Shown piece by piece: positions 13,200 to 27,254 of a stretch of 64,000 bases of DNA; the stretch's first letter is position 1; each line of letters opens with the position of its first letter. Below the pieces are notes generated by a model that worked only from the letters and a program-made list of their open reading frames with translations, searched no databases and had not been told where the DNA came from. Source of the DNA: Octopus sinensis (Eukaryota). Location: the NCBI RefSeq assembly GCF_006345805.1, contig NW_021832532.1:62001-126000 (forward strand), read 5' to 3'. The position numbers and the translations under genes were made by a program.

Positions 13200-16015
13200 C
13201 CACTGCTAAAGTTGTAACTGCTCGATTAAGTATCAAGATGACACAGAAAAGGACCAACCATGTCACTAGACCTTTTGAGTGGAAAGTAGCAATACAAAAA
13301 AGAGATTGAATTTTTGTAGGTGGACGCATCAGTTCTGGATGAACTTGCTAACGGAGTAAACAAGCTAGAAAAATCAAGCAAAAATATAAAATCAAAAGAT
13401 TTTATAAACCTCCCTAGGAACTAGTGAAACAACCAAGGAGCTAGTGAAACAACGAATACAACTGAAAGCCCAATGACTCAGAAGGCATGACAAAAGAATC
13501 AATTTTATTGACAGAACAAAGTATTCAAGACGGATGCAAAGAAATTTTATAGGGAAACTGGCAGATTAAGACAGAAGTAAAGGAGCCACCTAAGACTAAG
13601 GAAATGGCAGAGTTCTGGAAGAAGATATGTTGAAGTGCATAAATGGGAGGCAACAATAGTAGAAGAGCTAAGATGTGTTCTTAAAAGTCTCAGAAATGGA
13701 AAACCTCAAGACTGGATCAGATCCCTAACTTCTGGCTGAATTGTTTGACAGAAATACACCAAACTTTCACTGCATCCCTCACTGATGTCATCCAGAACCC
13801 AGAGCAAATACCAGCCTGGTTGACTGAAGGAATAACATGCCTTCTACAAAAACTGAAGACAACAAAATTCCAAACTACCAACCTATCTCAGCATCACCAA
13901 CATATCTCAGCATCACCTACAAGATTCTCACATCCATACTAACTGAAAGAATATACACTTTCCTGGAACAGAACTCTATTCTTCCACAAGCTCAAAAAGT
14001 TGCAAAAGAAATTCTTACGGATGCAAAGATCAATTACTCATAAATAAAATGATTGTAGAAAATTGCTGGAGCAACAAGAACCTGAGTATGGCATGGATAG
14101 ACAACAGGATGGCATTTGATAGTGTGCCACGTAATTGGCCAATCAAGGTCCTTGAGATATACAAGATCTCTCCTGTCATCTCCAAATTCTTACAAGGTAG
14201 CATGGCTAAGTGGAATACACGTCTCCTAAACCATAGTAATGGTATGAACCAATCTAACATCAACATCAAACGAGACATCTTTCAAGGTGACTCCTTCTCC
14301 TCATAATTCTTTTGCATGGTTCTAACCCCAGTCTTGAACTGAGTAACACCAGGTATGGTTCAAAATGTAAATTATCTGTTTTATATGGATGATCTGAAGC
14401 TAGATGATGAATAGCTAGTAGGGCTGTTAAGAACTGTTAAAGAGTTAAACAATGACATCAGGACGGATTTTGGCCTTGATAAGTGTGATAAAGCAACTTT
14501 GGTAAGAGGCAAGCTCAAGCAAACAGCTTCTATTAAATTAGATACTAACACTACCATCAAGGAGCTTGACTCACAAGAAAGCTATAAAGACCTGGGGATA
14601 AATGAAGGAGATGTTATACAACATGCTGCTATGAAGGAAAAAATATGAAAGGAGTATTACATAAGAATACAACTCATACTACAAACTGAACTCAACTCCA
14701 AAAATCGCATCAAAGCCATGACACTTCCAATAGTCCAATACAGTTTTAACATCATTAATTGGAATCTTACAGAGCTCCAATGCCTGGACAGGAAGACAGG
14801 AAAACTACGAACTAATAAAAACATGCACCACCCAAGAGCAGATGTTGATTGTTTGTACCTACCTAGAAGTATTGAGGAAAGAGGAATGATGCCAGTAAGA
14901 CCTCCACAATAGCAATGAACAAGTACTTATCTGGTACAGAGGACTGGATGCTGTAGCTTGTGTGCAAACATGAAAGCAGCACAAAAATCACATTCTGTTG
15001 TCAAGGAAGCTTGAAAATTCACAAGGGAACGTGGCATTAACCCTGAATTAGATGAAGAACTTGAAACCAATGTCACAAAGAAAGCAAAACAGATCAAATA
15101 GACTGCTAAAAAAAGACAGGCAGAAACAAACTGAAGAGCACTGGAACCAGAAGCCTCCACATGAATAGCATATACTTTGAAGCCTAAATGTTGATGTAGA
15201 CCAAGTAGCAACCCATCGGTGGCTGAGAAGCTCAGGACTGAAAGCAAAGACTGAAGGTTTCATATTGGTGGCACAAGATGAAAGCTTGCTAACTACCAGG
15301 CTAATGTTCTTCAAAACGGTTCTGACCTTAAATGCAGATTCTGCAATGCATTTGATGAAACAATAGACCATCTTGTCTCAGGATGTCCTGTGCTGACACC
15401 AAAATGAATACAAAAATCACCATGATAGGGTAGGACAGTATTTACATTGGAAAATATGTAAACACTACAAAATCAGCACTCCTGCTTAGTGGTATGAACA
15501 TCAGCTTGAGCAAGTTGTTGAAGGTAAAAATGTCACTATCCTCTGGATGACCAGACATAGTCATTAAAGACAGCGAAGAAAATACTTGTAGCCGAATATA
15601 TGTTCCTACTGATGAAAATATATCTGTAAAGGAATTTGACAAATTAAATAAATATAAGGACCTGGAAATTGAAATACATAAGATGTGGCATCTTAAAGCA
15701 AGAACTGTTCTTGTTATTGTGGGTGCCCAAAGTATGATAAGAAAGAGATGTCAGAAACATCTAGATAATATCCCAGGAAAACCATGTCTCAGAGAAATCC
15801 AAAAGATTGTGCTGACAAGTACTGCCCACATCCTTAGAAAAACCCTATCAATTTAAATGTATGTGCTGTATTACATGAAGATATTTTGCTACTGCTCCTG
15901 CCACTTACCCTCCCCAAGCTTTCAGTCATACTATGATACCTCTTATCCTTCACTTGCCCTAGGATGCTGGTTTTGTCTTGGAAAGAGATTGTAACAAACC
16001 TGCAGATAAAAAGTA

Positions 16016-16017
<2 letters not shown>
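13200..16017 (+). mobile_element. Degraded R4/Dong LINE, family 1, second copy
   Basis: Collinear with 9882-12410, including the 3' UTR ending aaaagtaa followed by (TAA)n; many stops. Confidence 0.85.
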
Positions 16018-16046
<29 letters not shown>

Positions 16047-16079
16047 TAATAATAATAATGATAATAATAATAATAATAA

Positions 16080-19000
16080 GAGGAGACACCGGGGACGTTT
16101 AGATGTAAGAAGGAAAATACAGAGCTCCGAAATCTATCCACAAACATCGAAAACAAGGACACCCTATGGAGCCAAAGATTTACTAACAAAGAATTGGACT
16201 ATATCCGAGTAAGTAATACGAATTGAAATTTATTACTATTTTCGAAACGAAATGATGCATTTTGACTTGATATTATCTCCACCTCTAACACAACACATGT
16301 AAACATGCGTGGAACAACACGATCATCCCCGACCTCAAACACCATGTACAAAGGAACTACGAAGAAATTAAATGCCACCGATACTATTCAACCCAAGAAT
16401 AACAATCGAGCGGTACGTACATTAAACCTACAACAAAAATGTATGAAAACTACATGTGCGAAATAATGTGACAACAGAAATAAACGGACCGGTACCCTAC
16501 GAAAATGACGACCGTCAAAATAATGGGCTGGACGTTGTACCTCATGTCCCGCAATTAAAACCCAAAGACGTAAATGGACACGTGAGGAATACATTTCTAT
16601 CTTACGCGCATACTTCACAGCAATGCTCTACCCACAAAATGAAAATACAACAACACATACATATAAAATATGGAAGGAAAATAATAGAGAAATATAGACT
16701 TGGATACAGCAATGAACCCTAATAAATTAGCTAACGTACGAAGATACATCTCAAAGCCAAAAAAATATCAGAAATAGAAATAGAACATTTAAAAGAAAAA
16801 ATACACCAGGAAAATGTAGATAGAAGCCACACAACAATGCCCAATAATATAAACACTGAAACTGTAAAACACGAAGACAAACGCAACATTCCCAACAAAC
16901 ACGATATAAACAACGAAGGGGAGCCTAATGATTATGATAATATAAAAAATAAAATAAAAAGAACTGAAAACCACAGAGCCCAAAATGGACCACCGACCAT
17001 ACCTCCCAAGAATAAAAATAAACGCAATAACAACACCAATTATAAACCACATAAACCTAGCCATCACTGAACTAGCCACTGAAACAAAAAAAAGTGATAT
17101 CACTGAACTAAATGACTTGATATACGCAGCAGCCACTGCAGCCACAAAAGAAGCTGGATACTCACCCAAACCCGCCCAACAGGAGTACCACCACCCAAAC
17201 AAACCCTGTGGATAAATAACATCCAAACAAAATAAAAAAAATTAGAAAAGACCTGTCGATTCTTAATGAAATCAGCAAACAAGCAACGCTACTGAGCAAC
17301 AAAAAGAGAACAAAAATGCTCCGCAAATATAACATCACAGAAAAAGATTTGCCGGAGATAAAAGAAAAGCTGAAGCAAGATATCCTTGCCAAAGCTCAAG
17401 GATCCGCCGGTACGAGAAACACCAACGCTTCTTTGAACAGAACAAAAGTTCAACTCCGACCCCAAAAGTTCTACCAAGAACTGGGCAAAAATAAAATAGA
17501 AGTCACTGCAGCACCAACGGCAGAAGAATTGGAAGAATTCTGGAGAGAAATATGGTCGGCGAACGAACAGCCAAAAAAAAGGAGTATGAAAATAACAAAC
17601 TCGGCATCTGAACAACTTTGGGACCCCCATAACAACTGAAGAGGTCACCCAGGCACTGCAAAAACTAAGCAACTGGAAGGCACCTGGGCATGACAAGATC
17701 CCACTTCCTGGTTGAAATATCTAACAGGAATGCACAAAAAGCTGGCTGAAAACTTTAACAGCATACTAGCAGAGCCAGAGACAATGCTGAATGGCTCACG
17801 AAGGGGAAAACCATCTTAATTCCCAAATCAAATGAAACAACAAAACCAGAAAACTACAGACCAATAACCTGCCTCCCTACTATGTTCAAGGCATTTACTG
17901 CAGTGATATCGCAAAGGCTGAACAAGCACCTGGACGAAAACAAACTGTTCCCAGAGAGCAGAAAGGATGCCGCAAGGGCTTATATGGCTGTAAAGATCAA
18001 CTAATGATTAATAAAGCCGTAACTGAAGACAGCCACAGAAAGAAGAAAGGCCTCAGTATGGCCTGGATTGACTACAAAAAGGCGTTTGATAGCATCCCCC
18101 ACACATGGATCCTCGAAACACTAGCCATTAACAAAGTAGCACCAACAATCATAAAATTCATAGAGCACTCTATGAATAAATGGCAAACAGTCCTACACCT
18201 CCAAACAAAAGAGGACTCATGAAAACCAAGACATCCCCATTAGAAGAGGAATATTCCAGGGACACACGCTCTCTCCACTCCTTTTCTGCTTGGCACTGTC
18301 ACCTCTATCTGATATGCTAAATAGAACTGGATGCGGATATAAATGTTACGGCAAAACGATCAGCCACCTTTTATATATGGATGACCTAAAACTATACGCT
18401 GCAAATGACAACCAGCTGGAAACACTATTAAAGACAGTTCATGGATTTACCAAAGAAATAGATATGAAATTTGGATTAGAAAAATGCACCAAAGTAACCA
18501 TGAAAAGAGGAAAATTAGTTAAGAGTAGCAACATCACACTAGATAAAACCAATGAAATAAAAGATTAGACCAAAGCTAAACTTACAAATACTTAGGAATC
18601 CATGAACTAGATAAGACACAACACACACAAATGAAAGAGAAAATAAAAAAAGAATATTATAGACGAGTTAGATCAATACTAAAAACAGAGCTCAATGCTA
18701 AAAACAAGATAATAGGTATCAACACTTAGCTGTCCCAGTTATAAGTTACAGCTACAATATCCTTAACTGGACACGAAATGAACTGACCAAAATAGATAGG
18801 AAAACAAGAAAAATAATGACAGGATCTAGAATGCATCACCCAAATCTGACATAGAAAGAATATATATACAACGTATAGAAGGTGGTAGAGGCCTTATACA
18901 GCTGGAAAACTACTATAAAATAACCACCATAGGACTGCAAAAATATCTACTTCAGAAGGAAGGAAAACTGATCCAAATAGCAGCAAAACATGAGCAAAAC

Positions 19001-20026
19001 AAAAAACTGTCCTCAGTATTTAAGGAAGCTGACAAATACAAACAAGAAATCATACCACCTAATAAACACAAAGAAGAAGAAGAAGATGAATGAAGAAACA
19101 ACAAAAGCTATAAAACAAATGAAATCCAAACTAAAAATAGAACAGCAACGAGCCATGATAAAACGATGGCAAGAAAAGCCCCTTCATGGTAAATACTGCA
19201 CTAAACTAAACGCAAAAGAAATAGACAAAGAAAAATCCCAGCAATGGTTGAGAAGCTCAGGACTCAAAGCAGAAACAGAGGGATTTTTAATTGCAACACA
19301 AGACCAAAGCCTCCTCACCAGAATTACCAAAAACATGTAATGAAAAGAAATATTACAAGTAACTGCAGAATATGTGGAGATGGACAAGAAACAATAAATC
19401 ATATTATCTCTGGCTGCCCAGTCCTGGCTAAGAAGGAATATATTCACAGACATGACAGAGTTGGAACTTACATACATTGGAAGCTATGCCAACATTATGG
19501 AATAACAACAGAAAAAAGATGGTATAGGCACACACCAGAGAAAGGTCACAGAAAACGAGAAAGCAACCATACTCTGGGATATGCCGATACACACAGATAG
19601 AGAAGTTAAGGCCAACAGACCAGATATAGTTCTCAGAGATCATGAAGAAAAAAAATGCTTTCTAATTGATGTATCAATACCGGCAGATGACAACGTGTCT
19701 CTAAAAGAAATGGAGAAACTCTCAAAATACAAAGACCTGGAAATAGAGATAACCAGAATGTGGAACCTGAAAACAGAAACAATTCCTATCATAGTAGGTG
19801 CATTAGGCATGAAAAAAAATATTCAGACAAATACATAACAAAAACACCAGGACTTACAACACATATAAATACAGAAAATTGCACTACTAGGCACTGCACA
19901 CATCCTACGCAGAACACTTTCCATACAATAACCATCAGAGCATCACAACAAATCACAGCACATACCCAAGGCACACAGAGCTGCGCTCGGTAGTGAAGTG
20001 AAAGCACGCTATAAAAAATAAAACTA

Positions 20027-20030
<4 letters not shown>
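16080..20030 (+). mobile_element. Near-full-length R4/Dong LINE, family 2
   Basis: RT (DYKKAFD, YMDD) and RLE (CRICG..HIISGC, RHD, RPDIV, KLSKYKDL). The 3' end aaaactactg is followed by (AAT)n, and (TAA)n lies upstream. Frameshifted. Confidence 0.9.
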
Positions 20031-20090
<60 letters not shown>

Positions 20091-20136
20091 TAATAATAAT
20101 ATAATGATAATAAAATAATACTAATAATATTAATAA

Positions 20137-20660
20137 CTTCCCTGATGCAGCACCAGGCAGTGGCCCTTATGGCTTTTGATCTTAACTGATTGGAAGTACT
20201 ATCATGTACATTGTTTTGTCTTGGTATAAAAGATGGGCTACAGCAAATATTCTGCTCAATACCACAGATTTGCTTGTGAGTTGTTTGACCTTAACCAGTT
20301 GATGGCTGATGATATGTGCATCTCTGATCACTAGAAGAAGTATTGGGGAGCATCATAACCATGTGTTGAGAGGAATTCTTTGGGGTTTGAATAAGTCACC
20401 TCTGGAAACATGGGTGTTCTTTCAACATACTTAATAAACTTTAATCAGGGATCTTTTGAGTGGGATGGGCTACTTGACTTGAGGAAATTTTAACTGGGCC
20501 CCACTTGTAAGGTTATGCACTGTTACCTTGATATGAGATCACCATGTTGCACATGTATGGTTGTGATGCACACGCCTGGTGCACTTGTATCAGGTGGGTA
20601 GTCATTATAGGTATATTGGGCTTTGTATATTTTGCCTCAGTGTCACTCTCACTCTCTCAC
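20137..20660 (+). mobile_element. Non-coding ~530-bp (TAA)n-associated repeat, copy 2
   Basis: Homologous to 9296-9830, with the same 5' start (cctgatgca) and 3' end (ctctcactc + AAT). Confidence 0.7.
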
Positions 20661-20719
20661 TCAATAATTATAATGATGATCCTGGGCTTGGCTAAAAGAA
20701 ACAAAAATGTTGCAGAACA

Positions 20720-21230
20720 ATGCAGAGAAACTACTAAAGAGAAAGAATAAGAAACAGATAGTCAAGTGTGGAATAGGAGAAAAGGACAAGAATGAAATTC
20801 AAAGATTGAAGAAAACCTTTGTAAGAGAGCCACTGAAGATATATGGGGAACAAAATCCTAGGTTTGGCTAAAAAAAATAGGGCAATAAAAAAAGAAACAG
20901 AAAACCTAATTGTAGGTGATAGAAGCAAAGAATTTGAGGTAAAATGTACATGGGAAGAATGTATCAGAAAATTGTAGAATCTGTGACAAGACAGTGGCAT
21001 GCATTGTTGCAGAATGTCCCCAGTTAGCACAGGAAGCATACAAGAAATGGAGGCATGGTGAATTTTTGCAGTGGAAGCTTTGCCTGAAATGATTTGAAGC
21101 TGGAAACACATGGTATGAACATGGTATACAAAGGAGTAGGGTTCAACAAACTTGTCGAAAACTCCCCATGACAGACAGTTTATAAGAACTGACACAAATG
21201 CTTATTGGAACTAAAAAAAATAATATATCC
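20720..21230 (+). mobile_element. Highly degraded R4-like C-terminal fragment
   Basis: CRICDK..CIVAECPQLAQEAYKKWRHG zinc-knuckle/RHD-like segment. Confidence 0.55.
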
Positions 21231-21569
21231 AAATGACATTGAGCTCTTTAGGTTAAAGCCAGACAAAAGGAATTTGTGAAGGTCTTTCATTAATGATGAT
21301 TTTTCTGACAAGGCAGCTGAATCAGCTGACCGTCTCAAAATTCAAGGTAATTGACCTTCTTCTATTTTGCTTCTCTGCTAAATATAGTCGTTTTCAGAGT
21401 GGAGTGTGTGAATATATGTAACCAAAATGTTTCATCCTGATAATATCTAGATAGAGTATTTGTTAGGTCAGAGGATAGGGATACTGTAGGGTTGCCACAA
21501 TACAAATTGGTCAGCTACACAGACCACAAGTTTGTGATGATCTGCACAGTCCAGTTAGATAGGACTCAT

Positions 21570-23680
21570 AGACAAGGACTCGTAACCAATGTCCAGTGAC
21601 GTGAGGACCAAAGAACTGAAGTATTCTGGATTGCAAGACAGTGTGTGAGAGAAAATTGTGATGTCACAGGAGAGAAATGTGTCTGCATGGATGATGGTGT
21701 ACTTGCTTTTAATGATTCAGAAAAGAAAGAGGCTTGGAGGAGCCATTATGAAAGACTGCTGAACGTGGAGAATGAATGGGAGGAGGAGAGCCTGCCAAAT
21801 GTTGACCAAGTAGAGGGACCAGCTATCTGAATAGACAGCATCCGGTAGATAAAACAATTAAGGATATGAAGCCAGGAAAAGCCCCCGGCCCATCAGAAAT
21901 CTCTGCTGAGAAGCTTAAAACATTTGTTGGTGTGGGCTATGGCCTAGTCACCCATATCATAAACCAGGTAGTCCGTGATGGTAGCAGCACCATAGTTAAC
22001 TGCTACAAAGGTAAAGGTGATGCTTCAGATAGAAATAACTACAGGGGTATCAAACTGCTGGATCAAGTGATGAAGGTCATGGAGAGGGTCATAGCCCAAC
22101 TAATTAGGGAGAGAGTCTGCCTAGATAAGATGCAGTTTGGTTTTGTGCCAGGTAGAAGCACCACTGATGCTATATTCCTGGTATATCAACTGCAGGAGAA
22201 ATACCTAGCCAAAGATAAACCCCTATATTTGGCTTTCGTGGACTTGGAGAAAGCTTTTGATAGGGTCCCCCAATTTCTTATCTGGTGGGTGATGCAGAAA
22301 CTGGGGATTGACGAATGGTTAATAAGGGCTGTACAGGCCCTATACTGAGATGCCGTTAGTAAGGTTAAGATTGGAAATGAGTATAGTGAAGAATTCCGGG
22401 TAGAAGTAGGGGTCCACCAAGGATCAGACCTCGGCTCCATCTTATTCATCATAGTCTTCCAGGCAATAACAGAGGAATTCAAAGCAGGTTGCTCCAGGGA
22501 ACTCCTCTGTGCTGATGACCTGGTCCTTATAGAAGAATCACTACCAGAACTAGAGAAGAAATTTCAAGTGTGGAAGCAAGGTTTAGAATCAAAAGGCCTT
22601 AGAGTCAATGGTAACACCACAGATGATCAGAAAATAGTGTTTCACATGCTAGAGGGAGAAACTAGAAGTAGCTGATAGCTTCCATTACCCAGGTGACCAA
22701 ATGTGTAGTAGGAGTGGATGCTCGGAGAGTGTTATCACTAGAATAAGAATAGCCTGGGCAAAGTTCAGAAAGCTTCTACCCCTACTGGTGACAAAGGGCC
22801 TCTCGGTCAGAGTGAAAGGTAGATTGTATGATGCATGTGTATGAACTGCCATGCTTCACGGCAGTGAAACATTGGCTGTGACTGCTGAAGACATGCGTAG
22901 GCTCAAAAGAAATGAAGCTAGCATGATCCACTGGATGTGTAATGTCAGTGTGCACACACGACAGAGTGTAAGCACCCTGAGAGAAATGTTAGACACAAGA
23001 AGCATCAGATGTGGCATGCAGGAGAGATGTTTGAGTTGGTATGGTCATGTACTACGGATGGATGAGGAGAGATGTGTGAAGAAGTCCCACTCCCAAACGG
23101 TTGAAGGAATCCGGGGTAGAGGTGGACCCAAGAAGACATATGATGAGGTGGTGAAGCATGACCTTTGAACTAGGCCTCACAAAGGCAATGACAACAGACC
23201 AAGACCTCTAGAGGCATGCTGTGACTGAGAAGACCTGACAAATAAAGTGAGTCCACAGCTGTAACCTACACCAGTGTCGCATAACCAGCCCACTCAAAAG
23301 TACCTTGGATCAAAAGGCAATGTGCTGCACTTGAATAGACCTATTGAGTTGAGACCTGTTGAGTCAAGTACATCAACATCAACAGCAATATCACAATCAT
23401 ATCAAATGGAAATTGTAGATGTGAGCCCTGTGCTGGTAGCACGTAAAAAGCACCATCCGATTTTCGTCGATGTCAGCCCCTCTGGCTCCTGTGCCAGTGG
23501 CACATAAAAAGCACCCACTACTCTCTCGGAGTGGTTGGCATTAGGAAGGGCATCAAGCTGTAGAAACACTGCCAGATTAGATTGGAGCCTGGTGCAGCCT
23601 CCTGGCTTCCCAGACTCCAGTCAATCTGTCCAACCCATGCCAGCATGGAAAGCAGATGTTAAACAATGAGGATGATGGTG
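21570..23680 (+). mobile_element. RTE-clade LINE, 5'-truncated and internally deleted
   Basis: QFGFVPGRSTTDAIF, FVDLEKAFD, GVHQGS and C-terminal LHGSET..WYGHV. 3' tail caacccatgccagcatggaaagcagatgttaaac followed by GAT-like repeats. Confidence 0.9.
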
Positions 23681-23684
23681 TTAA

Positions 23685-23825
23685 AATCTTACATCCAGAG
23701 ATAAGGTGCATCACTGTTTCAATCTCATCATTGTAGTATGGGCACATTAAGTCTACTCCCATTTTTCATTATATTGGATTGGTAGTTACTGGTCAATAAG
23801 CTTTGATCTTGAGCAGCCTGAAGAA
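23685..23825 (-). mobile_element. Small R4-like fragment
   Basis: CPYYNDEIETVMHLISGCKIL, preceded by an AAQDQSL-like sequence. Confidence 0.5.
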
Positions 23826-23870
23826 AGCCTTTGCTCTCTGTGAAGGCTCTATCTTAGCTGTGAGTGTTTG

Positions 23871-23924
<54 letters not shown>

Positions 23925-23998
23925 TTGTTATTTATTTAAAGGACAAAATACATAGATATACATATATATATATAAATCCATGTACGTGTGACTTTGTA

Positions 23999-24081
23999 TC
24001 TGTGTTGTAACATTAAGTTTTCATACACTCTACCCCAATGAATCAATAAAGCTGTGCGAAAACTTAATGTTACAACACAGA
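23999..24081. repeat. Perfect 24-bp-arm hairpin with 35-nt loop
   Basis: tctgtgttgtaacattaagttttc / gaaaacttaatgttacaacacaga. Confidence 0.9.
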
Positions 24082-24142
24082 CACAAACAAACATGCGCAC
24101 GCATACACACACATGTATGTATATATACTGAATATATATATA

Positions 24143-26690
24143 TCCTTAAATCCTTAAATCCTTAAAAATGTTTTAGCCCGAAGGCTGCGGCCATGCTGGG
24201 GCACCACCGCTGAATGAGCTACACTAGTTTGTGAATCCACCTCTGATACGTGCACTTGATCAACAAGGGAGTTTGATGCTGCTGCCCGCATCCGCGTCTC
24301 CTGTCGTGAGGTAGGTTCATCTGGGACTCCCAACAAGAAGAGATCCAGTTTAGTTTTTAAGAAACCCACATCCACACCATGTAAGTCTCTCAGGCATTTA
24401 GGGAGGATGTTAAAGAGCTGTGGTCCTCTGAAACCCAAGCTGTTGCAGTATCTGGACCTGTATTTTGATGGTGATGTTGGAATCCTTGGCACCACGCAGC
24501 GGCGCCCCGTTCTGCGGTTGGAGTAACTTTGAATGCCAAAGTTTGGGACAAGACCCTCCAGGATTTTCCAGATGTATATCACTGCATATCTCTCCCGCCT
24601 CCACTCCAGGGAGAAGAGGTTTAATACCTTCAGTCTTTCCCAGTAGCTGACATTTTGCATTGAGACGATTTTCTTTGTGTAGCTCTCTGAATTGCTTCGA
24701 GTTCTGCTGTTTGTTTTATATTGTGTGGTGACCAAAGTTGGGAGCAGTAGTCCAAGCGGCTGAGGACGAATGTTTTCCATAGGACCATCAGTGTCTCCTT
24801 CTCTCTTGTTCTGAAAGTTCGGAGAATCCATCCAGCTAGCCGTCTGCATTTTATCACCAGATTAGCAATATGCATTTGGAAAGATGCATCATTGCTCATG
24901 TCAATGCCCAGGTCACGCACTGATTTTGACTCAGGGATTGCAATTCTTCCTGGGCCAGTGTATCCAGTCTTCACGTCATTTACCTTTGTGTGCCAGTAGC
25001 GCAGGGCCTGGAACTTACCTGCATTAAACTGCATGTTGTTGTCCTCAGCCCACCTGTATATTGTGTCCAGCTCATGTTGCAGATGCGCAATATTTTCAGG
25101 GTTTTGTATTGTGTGGGAGACTTTTGTGTCATCTGCATAGCTAGCAAGGGTAGTCATCGTAGCAACTGAAGGCATGTCTGAAAGGGCCACTATGAACATC
25201 AGTGGCCCCAAGACAGTGCCCTGTGGGACACCGCTTGTTATTTGCGTTTCCTTGGAGGTGGCTCCATTGCTCACAACTGCCTGTTTTCTGTCTTTTAGGA
25301 AGTTGTGCAGCCACTCTCCAAGTTTCCCGCCTATGCCGAGACCACGCAGTTTGTGACAGATCATACCATGGTCGACTTTATCAAAGGCTTTTGCAAAGTC
25401 GAGATATATTACATCCACATTTGAGCCATTTAGTAGCTGTTTCAACACCCAGTCATAGTGTTGCAGGAGCTGTGTTAGGCAGCCTCTACCTGGTCGAAAT
25501 CCATGCTGGGTGTCAGACAGCAAGTCATTTTCTTCAAGGAACATGATTAGTTTCTTATGGACTATTCGTTCCATGACTTTGCTGATGTGTGAGGTCAGAG
25601 AGATAGGCCTATAATTTTTAGCATCTGCTCTGCTACCTCCCCTATGGATAGGGCATATTACCCCCTCTTTCAGTTTGACTGGGAGCTTACCACTTGCAAG
25701 AAAGCTCTGAAAAAGAAGCTGTAGCGGTTTTGCAAGGGCTCGTTTGCACGATTGAGAAGGATCGCTGGGAATCCATCAGGTCCAGCAGCTGAGTTTGTGT
25801 CAATCTCATCAATGGCTAGTGTGATATCATCATCTTCGATGTTGATGTACTCAATTTTTGTCTCTTTGGCCGCAGGTAAAGTGGCAAAGAATTCTTCTGG
25901 GTTGTTTACTTGCCTGTGTCCTAGAGGTGTAGTGAACACACTTTGGAACTGTTCGTTCAGTATTTCACTTATCCTCGTGGGATTTCCTGTGAGAGAGCCA
26001 TCTTTTTGGAAGAGAGGTCCTATTCTCTGGTGCACTGTGGCTGTCTCTTTGGCAAACTTAAAGAAAGCTTTAGGGTTTGATTTTATATTTTCTGTTACCC
26101 AAGCTTCTTTATCTGCTCTCTCCTTTCCATGGGACTGATGTAGACTTTTCTCAATTTCCATTAGCATTCTTTCGAGCCGAGACTTCTCACCACTTTTGGT
26201 GTGCTTGCTCAGGCGGTTTGCAATCCTTGTCCGTCGTCTCATAAGAATCCTCCTTTCTCTAGGGATCCTGTTTTTGTTCTTGTGTGTGCTGGCCCTGCAC
26301 ACTGGGACATATTTGTCACATATGGCTTGTATTATGGATATGAAGTGTTTGTTTCATGTTTATGTCCGGTGTGGAGAGACATTCAGGCCAATCCTGTTTG
26401 AGGATCTCTTTCTCAATCAACTTCCAGTTGGCTTTATGAAAGTTTAAGTTGGAGAGATGGTGGGTGCTTCGTATAGGCTGTGTGTCTGCGGGGGCTTTTG
26501 TTCCATACATAGACAGCTCTATTATGTTGTGATCCGAGATCATTGTCGGCATCACATTAACATTATGGATAATATCCATATTGTTTGTGAAGCAGAGATC
26601 CAGTATATTTACTGCCCTTGTTGGTTGCAGAACTATTTGCTCCATGAAAGAGGCATTTGTGAGATGGAGCAGGGATATATATAAATATAT
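24143..26690 (-). mobile_element. CR1/L2-group LINE, 5'-truncated (end of APE + RT)
   Basis: QHGFRPGRGC, LDFAKAFDKVDH, SGVPQGTVLGP, YADD. APE remnant LDLCFTN..SDHN. 3' end ggtgccccagcatggccgcag followed by three 8-bp tandem repeats. Confidence 0.9.
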
Positions 26691-27168
26691 ATTTATAAAA
26701 AGTGTAGGTGGCATACAAGTGGGTATATATTTATAAAAGTTTGAAAATGCCACTATATAAGATAAATTTTAATTTTCTTATAGATTTTACATGTTCGGTT
26801 CTTCTTGAAAACACAAACCTTATCAAAAATATGTTAAAAAGTTAAGTGTAATAAAAAAGTTCATAAGTGTTTCTTACTAGTCTCAACAGAGTCCACGTGA
26901 TGGTGTTTTGGGGTGGGCGGGAGCATAATGGCTGTCTTGTGCGTTGACTACAATCGTATTACTGTTGGCTGTAATCGTGAAAGTGACCGTTGTTCATAAT
27001 AGCAGTAGTAGCAGAGACCGTTGGTTGTAGTAGTAGTAGTATTAGCAGTAGTTGGGGGGAATTGTTTTCTGAAATACGTCATCTTTATCATAGAATGAAT
27101 TGATATGAAAACTAATGAAAAAATATTTGCTGAATTATATTTTCTTAATATTTTGCTTTTTTTTGCAG

Positions 27169-27254
27169 GATTTTCCAGTAAACAATACAATACCAAATTT
27201 GCAGATAACAGCTATGATGCTGATTACAATCCCATTCAAGAATATTCTTTGATA
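27169..27254 (+). CDS. Cadherin-repeat exon with apparent 1-nt deletion (DFPVNNTIPNLQITA[M]DADYNPIQEYSLI)
   Basis: Acceptor ttttgcttttttttgcag and donor ATA|gtaagg. Continues PE-DxPV from exon 6390 and carries AxDxD and YSL after a one-base shift near 27216. It is 86 nt as assembled; 87 nt would be in frame. Confidence 0.8.
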
